64,000 nt of DNA from an uncultured Alphaproteobacteria bacterium (lineage in GTDB: Bacteria; Pseudomonadota; Alphaproteobacteria; Rhizobiales; Xanthobacteraceae). The DNA lies in contig CAWFLW010000010.1 in the NCBI GenBank assembly GCA_963816655.1, forward strand, positions 89,512 to 153,511, given 5' to 3'. Under the pieces are notes generated by a model. The model had not been told where the DNA came from. It worked only from the letters and a program-made list of their open reading frames with translations, and made no database searches. Position numbers and translations under genes: made by a program. Positions 30,765 to 41,055 of the stretch are shown piece by piece; position 1 is the first letter of the stretch, and each line of letters starts with the position of its first letter.

Positions 30765-31409
30765 CTACGCCATGAACATTCGCGCGGCGGATGCAATCGT
30801 CAGCAACGCGCCGAATGCGATGAAGATCTTTCCGATCAGCGAGGTCTCGTCCCAGGTCGAGCTGTCGTTGGCGACGGCGGCCTTGGCCGCCACCGCGGCC
30901 ACCGGCTTGGTCGGCGCCAGCGCGACCGTGGTCTGCGCGCCCGCCGGCTGCTGCTCCTGCAACGCGCGATCGACTTCGTTGAGCTGGTCGGGTGCGACCA
31001 CCTGGTTGCCGGCGGCCGGCGCTTGCGGCTCGGCCGGCGTGTCGGCGGCAACCATCAAGAGCGCATTGGCGCGCATGGTCATCGCCTTGGCAGCGCCGGT
31101 CGGCGCATCCGCGGTCATCGCAGCGTTGGCATTGGCAACAGAGGCTGGAATCGTCACGGAGCCGCCGGCTTCAGCGACCTCCGCCTCAGCGGCCTTTGTG
31201 GCAGTGGAGGATTTTTGCGACGAGCGAACCTGATTCCGCTGCACATGGCGCTTGTAGTAGCGCACCTTCTTGACCGTCTTGCCCGTGCTGACGCTTTCGG
31301 ATTGTGAACCCGCCGCCTCGGACGGTGTGCTCGCAAACCCCACGCCCGCAACGCATACGCACAGACCTACTGCAATCAACGCCACGCGCCCGCCGGCTTT
31401 GATGGACAT
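30765..31409 (-). CDS. Hypothetical Ala-rich membrane-anchored protein
   Basis: GGGGAG RBS; signal-like N-terminus; DQLNEVDRAL and C-terminal TM SLIGKIFIAFGALLTIASAARMFMA. Confidence 0.75.
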   Translation of the reverse strand: MSIKAGGRVALIAVGLCVCVAGVGFASTPSEAAGSQSESVSTGKTVKKVRYYKRHVQRNQVRSSQKSSTATKAAEAEVAEAGGSVTIPASVANANAAMTADAPTGAAKAMTMRANALLMVAADTPAEPQAPAAGNQVVAPDQLNEVDRALQEQQPAGAQTTVALAPTKPVAAVAAKAAVANDSSTWDETSLIGKIFIAFGALLTIASAARMFMA

Positions 31410-31710
31410 TGCTAGTCTCCCCAATTGCCCCGCCCCCAAAGTGGAAAAAAGAACGCGTCGCGTGTTCTCAGCGCGGCGAAAAATGGGAATCTTCGGGCAA
31501 CACGGGGCGAAATCGCGGCAGCGGCACGCTGTTCCACGCGTGGACGGATCGCGGTCGCTCTGGTCAGGCCGTTCCAGCGCGCGGATGCGGGGAAGCGGAA
31601 ACGATGTTATGAGCCAGCCGGCGGCTGCATCGGTCGCCTGTCGATTCCCGGCGCTGGACGGTACTTGGTTGGGGTTCGTGATCACGACTTCGTGATCGGA
31701 GTGTCCCGGC

Positions 31711-31735
31711 GTAACAAATTGAAAGATCGACCGAA
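31711..31735 (+). promoter_or_regulatory. EcfF/SigF-type ECF promoter
   Basis: GTAAC-aaattgaaagatcga-CCGAA just upstream of the sigma gene; matches the GTAAC...CG(A/T)A consensus recalled for this sigma group. Confidence 0.65.
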
Positions 31736-31754
31736 ATGCCAAGTGGGAGCGCGC

Positions 31755-32300
31755 GTGCGCGAACGTGAGGACGAGTGGACCGGCCTGATGCGGCTGGCCA
31801 TTTCAGGCGACGAGGTGGCCTATCATCGCCTGCTCAGGAGCGTCACGCCGGTGCTCCGGGCCGCGGCGCGCCGCGGTCTGTTGCGGGCAGGGCAGCCGGT
31901 CGATCAGTCCGAGGACATCGTGCAGGACATTTTGTTGGCGGTGCATCTCAAGCGGCATACCTGGGACACGAACGCGCCGTTCGCGCCCTGGCTGTTCGCC
32001 ATCGCCCGCAACAAGCTGATCGACCAGCTCCGCCGGCGCGGCCGCCGGGTGTTCGTCGACATCGATGACTTTGCCGAAACGCTGGCGGGCGAGCAGGCAC
32101 CGGAGACGGTGCCGGCCGGCGAGGTCGCAGCCCAGTTGCAGACGCTGCCGGTGCGGCAGCGCGATGTGCTGCAGTCGATTGCGGTCGAGAGCGTCTCGAT
32201 CAAGGACACCGCGAAGAAGTTGTCGATGAGCGAGGGCGCGGTGCGGGTGGCGCTGCATCGCGGGCTTGCGAGCCTCACCGCCAGGCTACGGGATAACTGA
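31755..32300 (+). CDS. ecfF: ECF RNA polymerase sigma factor, EcfF/SigF-like
   Basis: GDEVAYHRLL, EDIVQDILLAVHLKRHTW, PWLFAIARNK, VRVALHRGL; followed by an NrsF/OsrA gene. Confidence 0.85.
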   Translation: MREREDEWTGLMRLAISGDEVAYHRLLRSVTPVLRAAARRGLLRAGQPVDQSEDIVQDILLAVHLKRHTWDTNAPFAPWLFAIARNKLIDQLRRRGRRVFVDIDDFAETLAGEQAPETVPAGEVAAQLQTLPVRQRDVLQSIAVESVSIKDTAKKLSMSEGAVRVALHRGLASLTARLRDN

Positions 32301-32302
32301 CC

Positions 32303-32941
32303 ATGGATACCGAACAGCTCATCCGCAGCCTTGCCGCCGACAATGCGCAGCGCGCCCGTCCCGTCGGCTACGTGCTCATGTTGGCGCTGCTGGCGGCCGC
32401 TCCGGTGTCGCTGCTGATTTTCTTCGCCGAGCTCGGCGTGCGGCCGGACGTCATGACGGCGATGCGCAATCCGTTCTTCGACCTGAAGTTTGCAGTGACG
32501 CTGGCGCTGGCGATTTCGGCCGTCGCGGTTGCGCTGCATTTGTCGCGGCCCGAGGCCTCGCTGCGCGGCTTTGGCTGGTATCTCCTGATCCCCGCCGGAT
32601 TGCTGGTCGCTGGAATCAGCGGCGAGATGATGATGCCGCAGCGTGCCCCCATGATGACGCGCCTGATTGGCCACAATTCGAAATTCTGCATGACCGCGAT
32701 CCCGGCCATGTCGCTGCCGTTGCTGATTGCCGCGCTGATGGGCCTGCGCCACGGCGCGCCGACCCGGCCGGCGCTGTCCGGCGCGATCGCGGGCCTGCTG
32801 TCGGCAGGACTCGCAGCGACGCTCTATGCCTCGCACTGCACCGACGACTCGCCGCTGTTCGTCGCCACCTGGTATACGCTGGCGACGGCACTCGTGGCCG
32901 CGCTCGGCGCGCTGATGGGCTCGCGGATGCTCAAGTATTAG
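32303..32941 (+). CDS. osrA: NrsF/OsrA (DUF1109) membrane anti-sigma factor
   Basis: 212 aa, MDTEQLIRSL, GAPTRP, only two Cys, at positions 129 and 179, as recalled for B. japonicum OsrA. Confidence 0.85.
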   Translation: MDTEQLIRSLAADNAQRARPVGYVLMLALLAAAPVSLLIFFAELGVRPDVMTAMRNPFFDLKFAVTLALAISAVAVALHLSRPEASLRGFGWYLLIPAGLLVAGISGEMMMPQRAPMMTRLIGHNSKFCMTAIPAMSLPLLIAALMGLRHGAPTRPALSGAIAGLLSAGLAATLYASHCTDDSPLFVATWYTLATALVAALGALMGSRMLKY

Positions 32942-33000
32942 GTGTTGACCCCTTCAATTCAGCAGGGACAATAGCCGGCATATACTTGGGATTGCCGGCA

Positions 33001-34327
33001 ATGAACGATTTTGCGCTGCCCGAGACGCGCTATGCGCTGAGCGGCGACGTCAACATCGCCTATCAGGTGATTGGCGACGGGCCCGTCGACATTATCCTTG
33101 TCCCCGGCGTCATTTCTCATGTGGAGTTCATGCATGAACTGCCGGGATACACGGCGTTCCTGCGCCGGCTGGCGGGCTTCGCCCGGGTCGTGACCTTCGA
33201 CAAGCGGGGACAGGGGCTTTCCGATCGAATGGGAGGGGCGCCATCGCTCGAGCAACGCATGGATGACGTGCGCGCCGTCATGGATGCGGTGGGTTCGCCG
33301 CGCGCGGCCGTGGTGGGCTTCTCCGAGGGCTGCCCGATGAGCGCGCTGTTTGCCGCGACGTACCCCGACCGGGTTTCGCATCTCATCCTGTTCGGCGGCT
33401 TTGCACGTGCGGCCGATGGGATGCCCGAGGACATGTGGGAGGCGCGCGTTGAACAGATAATCAAGCACTGGGGCAGCGGGCAAATGATCAAGAAGGTCAC
33501 CCCGAGCCAGGCGAACGATCCCGCGGCGATCTCCAGATTTGCCAAGTTGGAACGGCTGTCGACCAGTCCCGGTGCGTTCAAGACCATTCTCGTTCTCAAT
33601 CGCCAGATCGACGTGACGGCGATCCTGTCGACCCTGCAGGTTCCAACCCTCGTGCTTCACCGCCGCGATGATGTTACGATTCCGATTGCGCTGGGGCGCA
33701 AGTTGGCGGACAGCATTCCCGGCGTGAAGTTTGTCGAGTACCAGGGAATCGATCACGGGTTCTGGGATGGCGATACCGACGAAGTCGCAGGCGACATCGA
33801 GGAATTTGTCACCGGACATCGCGACAGCGGCTCTGGTGAACTCGAACGTGTGCTGGCAACCGTGCTGTTCACCGACATCGTCGAATTCGACGCGTAGCGC
33901 TGTATCGCTGGGCGACCAGCGCTGGCGCCGCCTGCTCGACGATCATGACCGGCTTGCACAACAGGTGATCGGCAGGCACCGCGGCAATCTGGTGAAGAAC
34001 ACCGGCGACGGCGTACTGGCGACCTTCGACGGACCGGGCCGTGCGGTCCGTTGCGCGCTCGCGTTCGGCTCAGCCGCCCGGCAGATCGGCCTGCCCGTCC
34101 GCGCCGGGCTTCACACCGGCGAGATCGAACTCCGTGGCAGCGATATCGGTGGCATCGCCGTGCACGCTGCGGCACGGGTGATGGGCCATTGCGGTTCCGA
34201 CGAAGTGCTGGTGTCGCGCGTGGTTACCGACCTTGTCGCCGGCGCAGGATTGAAATTCGCCGAGCGCGGTTCGCACGAGCTCAAGGGACTGCCTGGCCGC
34301 TGGGATCTGTACGCGGCCAGTCTCTAG
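33001..34327 (+). CDS. Alpha/beta hydrolase-class III nucleotidyl cyclase fusion (LipJ/Rv1900c-like); indel near 33885
   Basis: PETRYA..GDVNIAYQV, FDKRGQGLSD, GFSEG; LATVLFTDIV, KNTGDG, RAGLHTGE, GIAVHAAARV. Confidence 0.9.
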
Positions 34328-34338
34328 CCTGACAGCGG

Positions 34339-35448
34339 TTACGCCGCCGGCGCGTTCTGCTGCTGCATGCGGTGGAAGCGCAGCACCTGCTGTGCCGTGG
34401 AAGGTCGCAGCCGCTCATAGGTCGCCTTGCAGGCCTGCAGGTCGGTCGGCTCCGTGCCGGAGAGATCGTCGCGCAGGTTGATGATCGCCTTCACCGTCGA
34501 CCACGACAGGGCCGACACCTTTGCCAGGATCATGACGCCCTCGGCGCGCGTCTCGATCATCATGTTCTCGGCGACTGCGACCGGCACGTTGGCGAGTGCC
34601 GCGATCGAGGCGTTGGTCTCATCGAATTTGCCGGCTTCGGCAAACGAAGCAATCTGGAATTCGTCGAGCCGGCCGTCCTCGAACAGCGACTTGACCAGCG
34701 CGTGTGCGATCGCGGTCTGCTCGGTCATGGCCGACTTGGCCGCGCGGGCGCGGCGGGTCGCTTCCTTGACCGCGGTCGGCACCTCCTTGGCCCGTTGCGG
34801 ATGGGCGGCCTCGAGGCGCTGGCGAACGGTGTCGGAGGCTTTTGCGAGCAGCTTCAAGTAAAGGTGCCGCGGAATGGTCGGGCGCAGACCGACGCAGGTC
34901 GCAAGATCGTCGTCGCCCTCGGCGCGGTTGACCAGACGCGTGAAGCCGCGCTCGGTGAATTCGGCACCGGGATTGTTGACGGTGTTCTGCACCACCTCGT
35001 CATTGCCGCGCAGCACCAGCACGTCGGTGACCGCGCCGCTCAGCGTCTTGCGGTTACTGATCGCGAGCAGATGCGCCTGGCTCTTGCTGCGCGCGGTCTC
35101 GATCAGCGTCTCGTCGTCGAGCCGGTTGGACTGGGTCAGCACGGGGCCGGCGACCTCGATGATGTCGTCGAAGGCGAGTGCCCGAATCGTCATCGGCGGC
35201 GCGCTGTCAACAGGCGCGAGGCGGCTGGCGAGCAGCGCCTTGGCCGAGGTTTCGATGTGATGCATCAGGCACTGGAGCACGTCGTCGAACAGGCTGATCT
35301 GCTCGTCGGAATAATCCACCGCGCCGTTAAGGAAGAGGTCGGTGACGCGGCGCAGCGCTTCGACCCGGCGCGCGACGGTTCCGTGGGCGAGCGTCGCCTG
35401 CAGTTCATCCAGCAGGTTGTCGGGGGCTTTGGCAGGCTTCGAACTCAT
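34339..35448 (-). CDS. DUF2336 domain protein
   Basis: RRVTDLF, LAFDDIIEVAGPVL, HLLAISNR, VTDVLV.RG. Confidence 0.9.
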   Translation of the reverse strand: MSSKPAKAPDNLLDELQATLAHGTVARRVEALRRVTDLFLNGAVDYSDEQISLFDDVLQCLMHHIETSAKALLASRLAPVDSAPPMTIRALAFDDIIEVAGPVLTQSNRLDDETLIETARSKSQAHLLAISNRKTLSGAVTDVLVLRGNDEVVQNTVNNPGAEFTERGFTRLVNRAEGDDDLATCVGLRPTIPRHLYLKLLAKASDTVRQRLEAAHPQRAKEVPTAVKEATRRARAAKSAMTEQTAIAHALVKSLFEDGRLDEFQIASFAEAGKFDETNASIAALANVPVAVAENMMIETRAEGVMILAKVSALSWSTVKAIINLRDDLSGTEPTDLQACKATYERLRPSTAQQVLRFHRMQQQNAPAA

Positions 35449-35511
35449 GACTCTATCCTGGAGTAATTTGGCCGGCGACGGTTTCTCCGTCCCGGTAAGG
35501 TTTGACTAAAA

Positions 35512-36661
35512 TCAGGCGCGGGCGATGCGGTTGCGTCCCTGCGCCTTGGCTGCATAAAGCGCGCTGTCGGCGCGCGCGAGAAACAAGTCGGCCGTCTCAT
35601 TCGGTCTCAAGGTGGTGACGCCCGCAGACAACGTCACCTGCATGCCCGGCGAAAATGCGCTCCAGTCGAGATCGGCGATGATGGCGCGCAGCCGGTCGAC
35701 CGCGCGCGCCGCGCCGTCGGGCTGCATGTCGGGCAGCACCAGCAAAAATTCCTCGCCGCCATAGCGGCCAAAATGGTCGGCGCTGCGAATGTTGGCGAAC
35801 ATGGTGATGGAAAAGGTGCGCAGCACTTCATCGCCGGTCGGGTGGCCGAAGCTGTCGTTGACCTGCTTGAAATGATCGAGGTCGATCAGCGCGATAGAAC
35901 AGGCCGAACCGCTGCGCGCGGCGCGGGCGATTTCCTCATCCAGCATCCGCATGATGCAGCGCCGGTTGAACGCACCGGTCAGTTCATCGAGTTCGGCGAG
36001 CTCCTCGATCCGCTTGTAGGCTTCCTTCAGTTTTAGCCCGCTCAGGTAAAGCGACTTCTTCAGGGAGCTCGAGAAGATGCCGAGGAACATGCAGCGGCCG
36101 ATGGTGAGGATGAACACCGTCAAGGTGGCGAAGCGTTCAAGGCGGCTGCCGTGCGGCATTGCGATCGGCTTGTCGGTCAGCAGGAACAGCCCGGCGAGCC
36201 CAAGCGCCATTGCGGTCCACATGATCCCGGTTTGCACCGGGGTTGAGCGCAACGAGGCGAAGCTGAACACCGTGAACAGCGAGCACAGGAACAACACCGC
36301 CGACTTCCGGTGCGATGTAGCTGAACGCCACCATCAGCAGCATATTGGCGGTCGATTGCGGCGCGACCAGATAGTGGTCCTTGAAGCGGTCGTTGAAGCC
36401 CGTCTCCGAAATCAGGATCGCGACGGCGCAAATGCTCAAGCCGCAAATCGCATAGATCGGACCAATATGCAGGGGGATTGTGCCGGCATGGGCATACAGA
36501 AGCAGGATGCCGGCATCGATGACGTAGCTGACGCCGACCATGGCCTGGATCTGGCGGCGCTGCTTCGCCCGGCGCGAAAGCGCCTCGGCGGACGGGCTCA
36601 TGCCCGTACCGTCAAGCTCGGCGGCTATTGGATTGAGAAAAGGGAAGGCAGCAGTGCCCAT
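35512..36661 (-). CDS. Membrane-bound diguanylate cyclase (GGDEF); indel near 36300
   Basis: DELTGAFNRR, DLDHFKQVND.FGHPTGD, RSAD I-site, GGEEF, ADSALYAAK. Confidence 0.9.
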
Positions 36662-37066
36662 GATCTCGCCGTGGATGGAACCCGGCAAAAATCTACGTGG
36701 GAAAGCCTTTAGGTTTGGTATCTTTTGGGTCGATTCTGATCCGTCAAAATCCGGGTATTTCCCTTGTATCTCAACGGAAATTGGCGCGATCGGGGTACCG
36801 TCTGCGTCGTCTGACGGCCTATGTTTTGGGGGTATGAGGGTGCTGTCGCGGACGCCGCGCCTTGCTATGGTCGCCGCCGATGACTGATGAAAGTCCTGAA
36901 GTATTATGATACCGAAATCTGTGGCTTCGGCAGAAAAACCATCCGACGATGCGGATTTGTGGGGTACGTCACATATGCATTTTTGGAGTTGGGCTAATTT
37001 GAAGAATCTTGCCTTACTTTTCGAACCACACCCCAATCCCACCCGACCAACCTTGCGAGACGGCCA

Positions 37067-37636
37067 TTGAGTGCGACACAGGCGGCTACGGACGAGGTCC
37101 TGATCGCCCGGATCGCTCAAGGCGACCGGCTCGCCATGCAGGTGCTGTATGGACGGCACCATGTCAGGGTGTTCCGTTTCGGGCTTCGGCTCGTGCGGGA
37201 CGAACAGATCGCGGAAGATCTCATCAGCGAGGTTTTTCTCGATGTGTGGCGTCAGGCCGGCAAGTTTGAAGGCCGCTCTGCCGTCTCCACCTGGCTTTTG
37301 GCGATTACGCGTTTCAAGGCGTTGTCTGCGCTCCGGCGCAGGAAGGATGCCGAACTTGACGACGAGGCGGCCAACGCGATCGAGGATAGTTCCGATAATC
37401 CCGAAGTGTCGGTTCAGAAGAAGGATACCAGTGAAGCGTTACGGAAGTGCCTGACCGCACTTTCAAAAGACCATCGGGAGATCGTCGATCTCGTCTACTA
37501 CCACGAGAAATCCGTGGAAGAAGTCGCAGAGATCGTCGGCATTCCGGAAAACACGGTGAAGACGCGCCTGTTCTATGCGCGCAAGAAATTGGCCGAGCTG
37601 CTCAAGGCAGCCGGAATTGAACGAGGCTGGCCATGA
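37067..37636 (+). CDS. ECF RNA polymerase sigma factor (TTG start)
   Basis: AEDLISEVFLDVWR, STWLLAITR, VAEIVGIPENTVKTRLFYARKKL. Confidence 0.92.
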   Translation: MSATQAATDEVLIARIAQGDRLAMQVLYGRHHVRVFRFGLRLVRDEQIAEDLISEVFLDVWRQAGKFEGRSAVSTWLLAITRFKALSALRRRKDAELDDEAANAIEDSSDNPEVSVQKKDTSEALRKCLTALSKDHREIVDLVYYHEKSVEEVAEIVGIPENTVKTRLFYARKKLAELLKAAGIERGWP

Positions 37637-38328
37637 TGGCGATGAGCAAGAAGCTGCTGGACGAGCCCAGCGAAATCGAGATGCTGCTGCCATGGCACGC
37701 CGCCGGCACGCTGAACGCGCGCGACGCGCGCCGTGTCGAGGAAGCGCTCGCCCGCGATCCCGATCTGGCCCGCCAGTACGCCGTGATCCGCGAGGAATAT
37801 GCGGAAACCATTCACCTCAACGAAAGCCTCGGTGCGCCGTCGGCGCGCGCCATGCAGAAGCTGTTTGCTGCGATCGATGGAGAGCCCGTGCGCAAGCCAT
37901 CGCTGACCTCGCGTATCTCGACCGGCATCGCGCAGTTCTTTTCCGGCCTTTCGCCGCGCACCATGGCGTGGTCGGCGGGCGCAGCCGCGCTGGCGCTGTT
38001 GCTGCAGGCCGGCGTGATCGGCGCCGTGCTGATGAAGGGTCCTGCCTCCTATCAGACCGCCTCGCTCAGCACGAACGAGCCGGCCTCGCTGACCCGCGAC
38101 CTCGGCGCCGGATCGCCGCCGCGCGCGCTGGTGCGGTTTGCCCCCGATGCCCGCATGTCCGACATCTCGGCGCTGCTGGAAAATTATCAGGCGACCGTCG
38201 TCGGTGGCGCCAACGGCCTGTTCCGCCTGCAGTTCGGCAGCAAGGCGATGGGCAAGGATGAAGCCGCAAGCCTGATGAACAAACTGCGCGGCGAGAAGAT
38301 CGTCAGCCTCGCGGAAGCCGCGCCGTAG
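37633..38328 (+). CDS. Putative anti-sigma factor
   Basis: ATGA overlap with the sigma gene; LLPWHAAGTL zf-HC2-like N-terminus without Cys, one TM, periplasmic domain. Confidence 0.8.
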   Translation: MMAMSKKLLDEPSEIEMLLPWHAAGTLNARDARRVEEALARDPDLARQYAVIREEYAETIHLNESLGAPSARAMQKLFAAIDGEPVRKPSLTSRISTGIAQFFSGLSPRTMAWSAGAAALALLLQAGVIGAVLMKGPASYQTASLSTNEPASLTRDLGAGSPPRALVRFAPDARMSDISALLENYQATVVGGANGLFRLQFGSKAMGKDEAASLMNKLRGEKIVSLAEAAP

Positions 38329-38371
38329 GGCGCGAGCCCACGACGCCGATCCCTGACGGTGCCGAGGTCTC

Positions 38372-40056
38372 ATGACTGACACTGCCAAAAGCCGGACCTG
38401 GGCGCGCTACACCGCACTGGCGCTGATCGCGACCGCCGTGCCGTTCGCCGCGTTCGACCTGGCGCACGCGCAAAGCATCATGCGCACGCCGTCCATCAAC
38501 ATTGACACGCGCGTTCCCACCATCAACCCGACCGTAGCGCCGCGGGTCGATCCGAACATCGCGGGGCGCGTCAATACCATCAACAATACGGCCATCAGCG
38601 TCGACCGTGTGACCCCGCGCATCACGCCGCGCATCAACCCGAACTCGACGATGCCCAATGCGCGCTTCTCGCCGAACCTCCAATCAGCCTGCGACGCCGC
38701 CAATCGCGACGCCAGCGGCGAATGCACGGGCAACCCGATCGCCTCGCGGCGGCAGCGGCAATGGCGGCAGCAACAAGAACGGTGGCAAGCAGGCGAAGAA
38801 GGGCAACGGTTCCGGCTCCGGTGCCGCGCAAAATGCGTCCGGCCTGACCAGCTTTCCCAACCAGTTCGTTGCCGAGATCGATGGCGCGCTGAGTGAGGCG
38901 CAGATCGACGAGCTGGCCCGGCGTTATGGCGCTGAACGCATCGAGTTCGCAGAATTTTGCGCTGATCAACGCCACCATCGGCCTGTTTCGCGTCACCGGA
39001 AACCGTCCGGCCGACCAGGTGCGCCGCAACTTTGCCACCGACACCAAGGTGAAGTCGCTGCAGCTGAACCTGCGTTATTGGCTGGCGGATGCGAAGACGA
39101 CCGAGGGCGATCCCGCGCAATATGCGGTGCAGAAGCTCAAATTGCCGCAGGCCCACGCGCTGGTGCACGGCATGAATGTGACGATCGCCGTCATCGACTC
39201 CGGCATCGACGTCGGCCATCCCGAGCTTGCCAACACCATCTCGGACAGTTTCGATGCGCTGGGCAGCAAGGAAGGCCCGCATGTGCACGGCACCGGCATC
39301 GCCGGCGCCATCGCCGCCCATGCGCGGCTGATGGGCAGCGCGCCGGAATCGAGGATCATCGCGATCCGCGCCTTCTCCAGTTCGCCCGGTGGTGCGGAGA
39401 GTTCGTCCTACATCATCATCAAGAGCCTCAACTACGCCGTCCTGCACGGCGCCCAGATCGTCAATATGAGCTTTGCGGGTCCAAAGGATCCGCTGATCGA
39501 GCGCGCCATCGCCGCGACCGCCGAAAGGGGCGTGCTGCTGGTGGCGGCCGCCGGCAATGCCGGACCGAAATCGCCGCCGCTTTATCCTGCCGCCAATCCC
39601 AACGTGATCGCGGTCAGCGGCACCGATGCGCAGGACCGGCTGTTCGCAGCCTCAAACCGTGGCAACTACATCGCGCTGTCAGCGCCCGGCACTGACGTGT
39701 TCCTGCCGGCGCCGGACGGGAAATACCAGATGACCTCGGGCACCTCGTTCTCGGCGGCCTACGTCTCCGGCATTGCCGCATTGGTGCTGGAGCGCAATCC
39801 CGCGTTGAAGCCGAACGATGTGCGCGCGATCCTCACCGGCACCGCGCGCGATCTCGGCACGCCGGGCAGGGACGACCTGTTCGGCCATGGCGAGGCGGAT
39901 GCATTTGCGGCGGTGACGGCTGCGGCCACTGCGCGGTCGATCCCGATGGCCACGGCGCCCGACCGGCCCTCCGTTGCGCCGGCCTCCGGGCCTGGCAATG
40001 ACGTTTCCGTGAGCCGCGCGCTCAGCGGGGCGCCTGCCGCACTCAAGGCCGAATAA
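38372..40056 (+). CDS. Secreted subtilisin-like S8 serine peptidase (indels near 38750 and 38930)
   Basis: Signal peptide; triad VIDSG, HGTGIAG, GTSFS; oxyanion AAGN. Confidence 0.9.
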
Positions 40057-40159
40057 GCGCCTGTGGCGCCGTGGTTTTACGCCCGGAACCCTCGATCCAA
40101 TGCGTTAAAAAAATCGCCCGGCGCTTTGAACGTCCGGCCGTCGGCAGGCGACTAATCTG

Positions 40160-40275
40160 ACGTGGGAGCGGTTATCCCTCCCCATTGGCTGTATTCGGCG
40201 CGAGCGCCCATCCACCCCAAGCGCCCATATGGCTTTGACCCGTCCGGTTGTCCCCCCGGACGGGTCTTTTCTTTT
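40160..40275 (+). ncRNA. Putative small RNA with C-rich loops
   Basis: Three hairpins with loops containing ATCCCTCCCC, CCATCCACCCC and TGTCCCC; ends in a strong terminator. Confidence 0.5.
40237..40275 (+). terminator. Intrinsic terminator
   Basis: GACCCGTCCGG-ttgtcccc-CCGGACGGGTC-TTTTCTTTT. Confidence 0.85.
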
Positions 40276-40548
40276 CAGCTGTACCTCCAACCGGATTTCA
40301 GCGCGGCCTGACGCGGATTCGATTTTGATGGGGAAGGGATGTCAGCACACCTGCAGCCCGGTCATGCGGCCTGCGCCCTTGACCGTGGATAACGCAAATA
40401 ACCCCGTAGTCCTGCGGGTTTCCCGGCGAGAGATTCGCGAAACAGCATCGCTCGCTGGACAAGCGCAAGGTTTTCCACAGAATATCCCTGTCACACGCTG
40501 ATTCGGTTTGGTTGCGTCTGCGTCCGTTCTTTCTCCTTAACGGGCATC

Positions 40549-41040
40549 TTGATGACACATCCGACCGACGTCGCACGGGGGCGCGACATCGTCGCTCGCT
40601 GGTGCGAACTTGCCGAGCAGCGGCTCGACCACCTCACCGAATTGTTCGAATCCGGACGCTGGCGCCGCTATCACAGCGAGCGCGCCTTTCTTGAAAACAT
40701 CAGGGAAGCCAAGAGCGCGGTCGAGACCTGGCGCGGCCTGCTGACCAGCGAAGCTTCAGCGGACAATCTGCCGGTCGACCTGTCCTGGATCGGCAAGCGC
40801 AGCTCGGTGCCGCTGGCGCCGCGCGCGGTACCGGTCGAGCCCATCATCGCCCCGCAATCGGCGGAGCTTCCGGAAGCGCCGCCGGTGAGCGTGGTGCCGA
40901 CCATGATTGAAGCCGAGCCCGTGCAGCCCGCCGAGGCAGTCGAAGCGCTTGATGAGAGCGACCTCGACAAGACGCTGGCGCTGACGCTCGACATCGTGGC
41001 GATGCAGGATCGTTATCCGTTGCTGCGCAACACGCTTTAG
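40549..41040 (+). CDS. TIGR03809 family protein
   Basis: RWCELAEQRLDHLTELFESGRWRRYHSE; adjacent to TIGR03808. Confidence 0.8.
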   Translation: MMTHPTDVARGRDIVARWCELAEQRLDHLTELFESGRWRRYHSERAFLENIREAKSAVETWRGLLTSEASADNLPVDLSWIGKRSSVPLAPRAVPVEPIIAPQSAELPEAPPVSVVPTMIEAEPVQPAEAVEALDESDLDKTLALTLDIVAMQDRYPLLRNTL

Positions 41041-41055
41041 CCGACGCTGGATAAT

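Noticed and set aside
35496-35510. Possible CtrA box (TTAG-N7-TTAC on minus) upstream of DUF2336
   Set aside because: Both half-sites deviate from TTAA-N7-TTAA; too weak to call from sequence alone.
40085-40106. GGAAC...CGTT as an EcfG (general stress) promoter
   Set aside because: Spacer is 13 nt rather than 16-17 nt.
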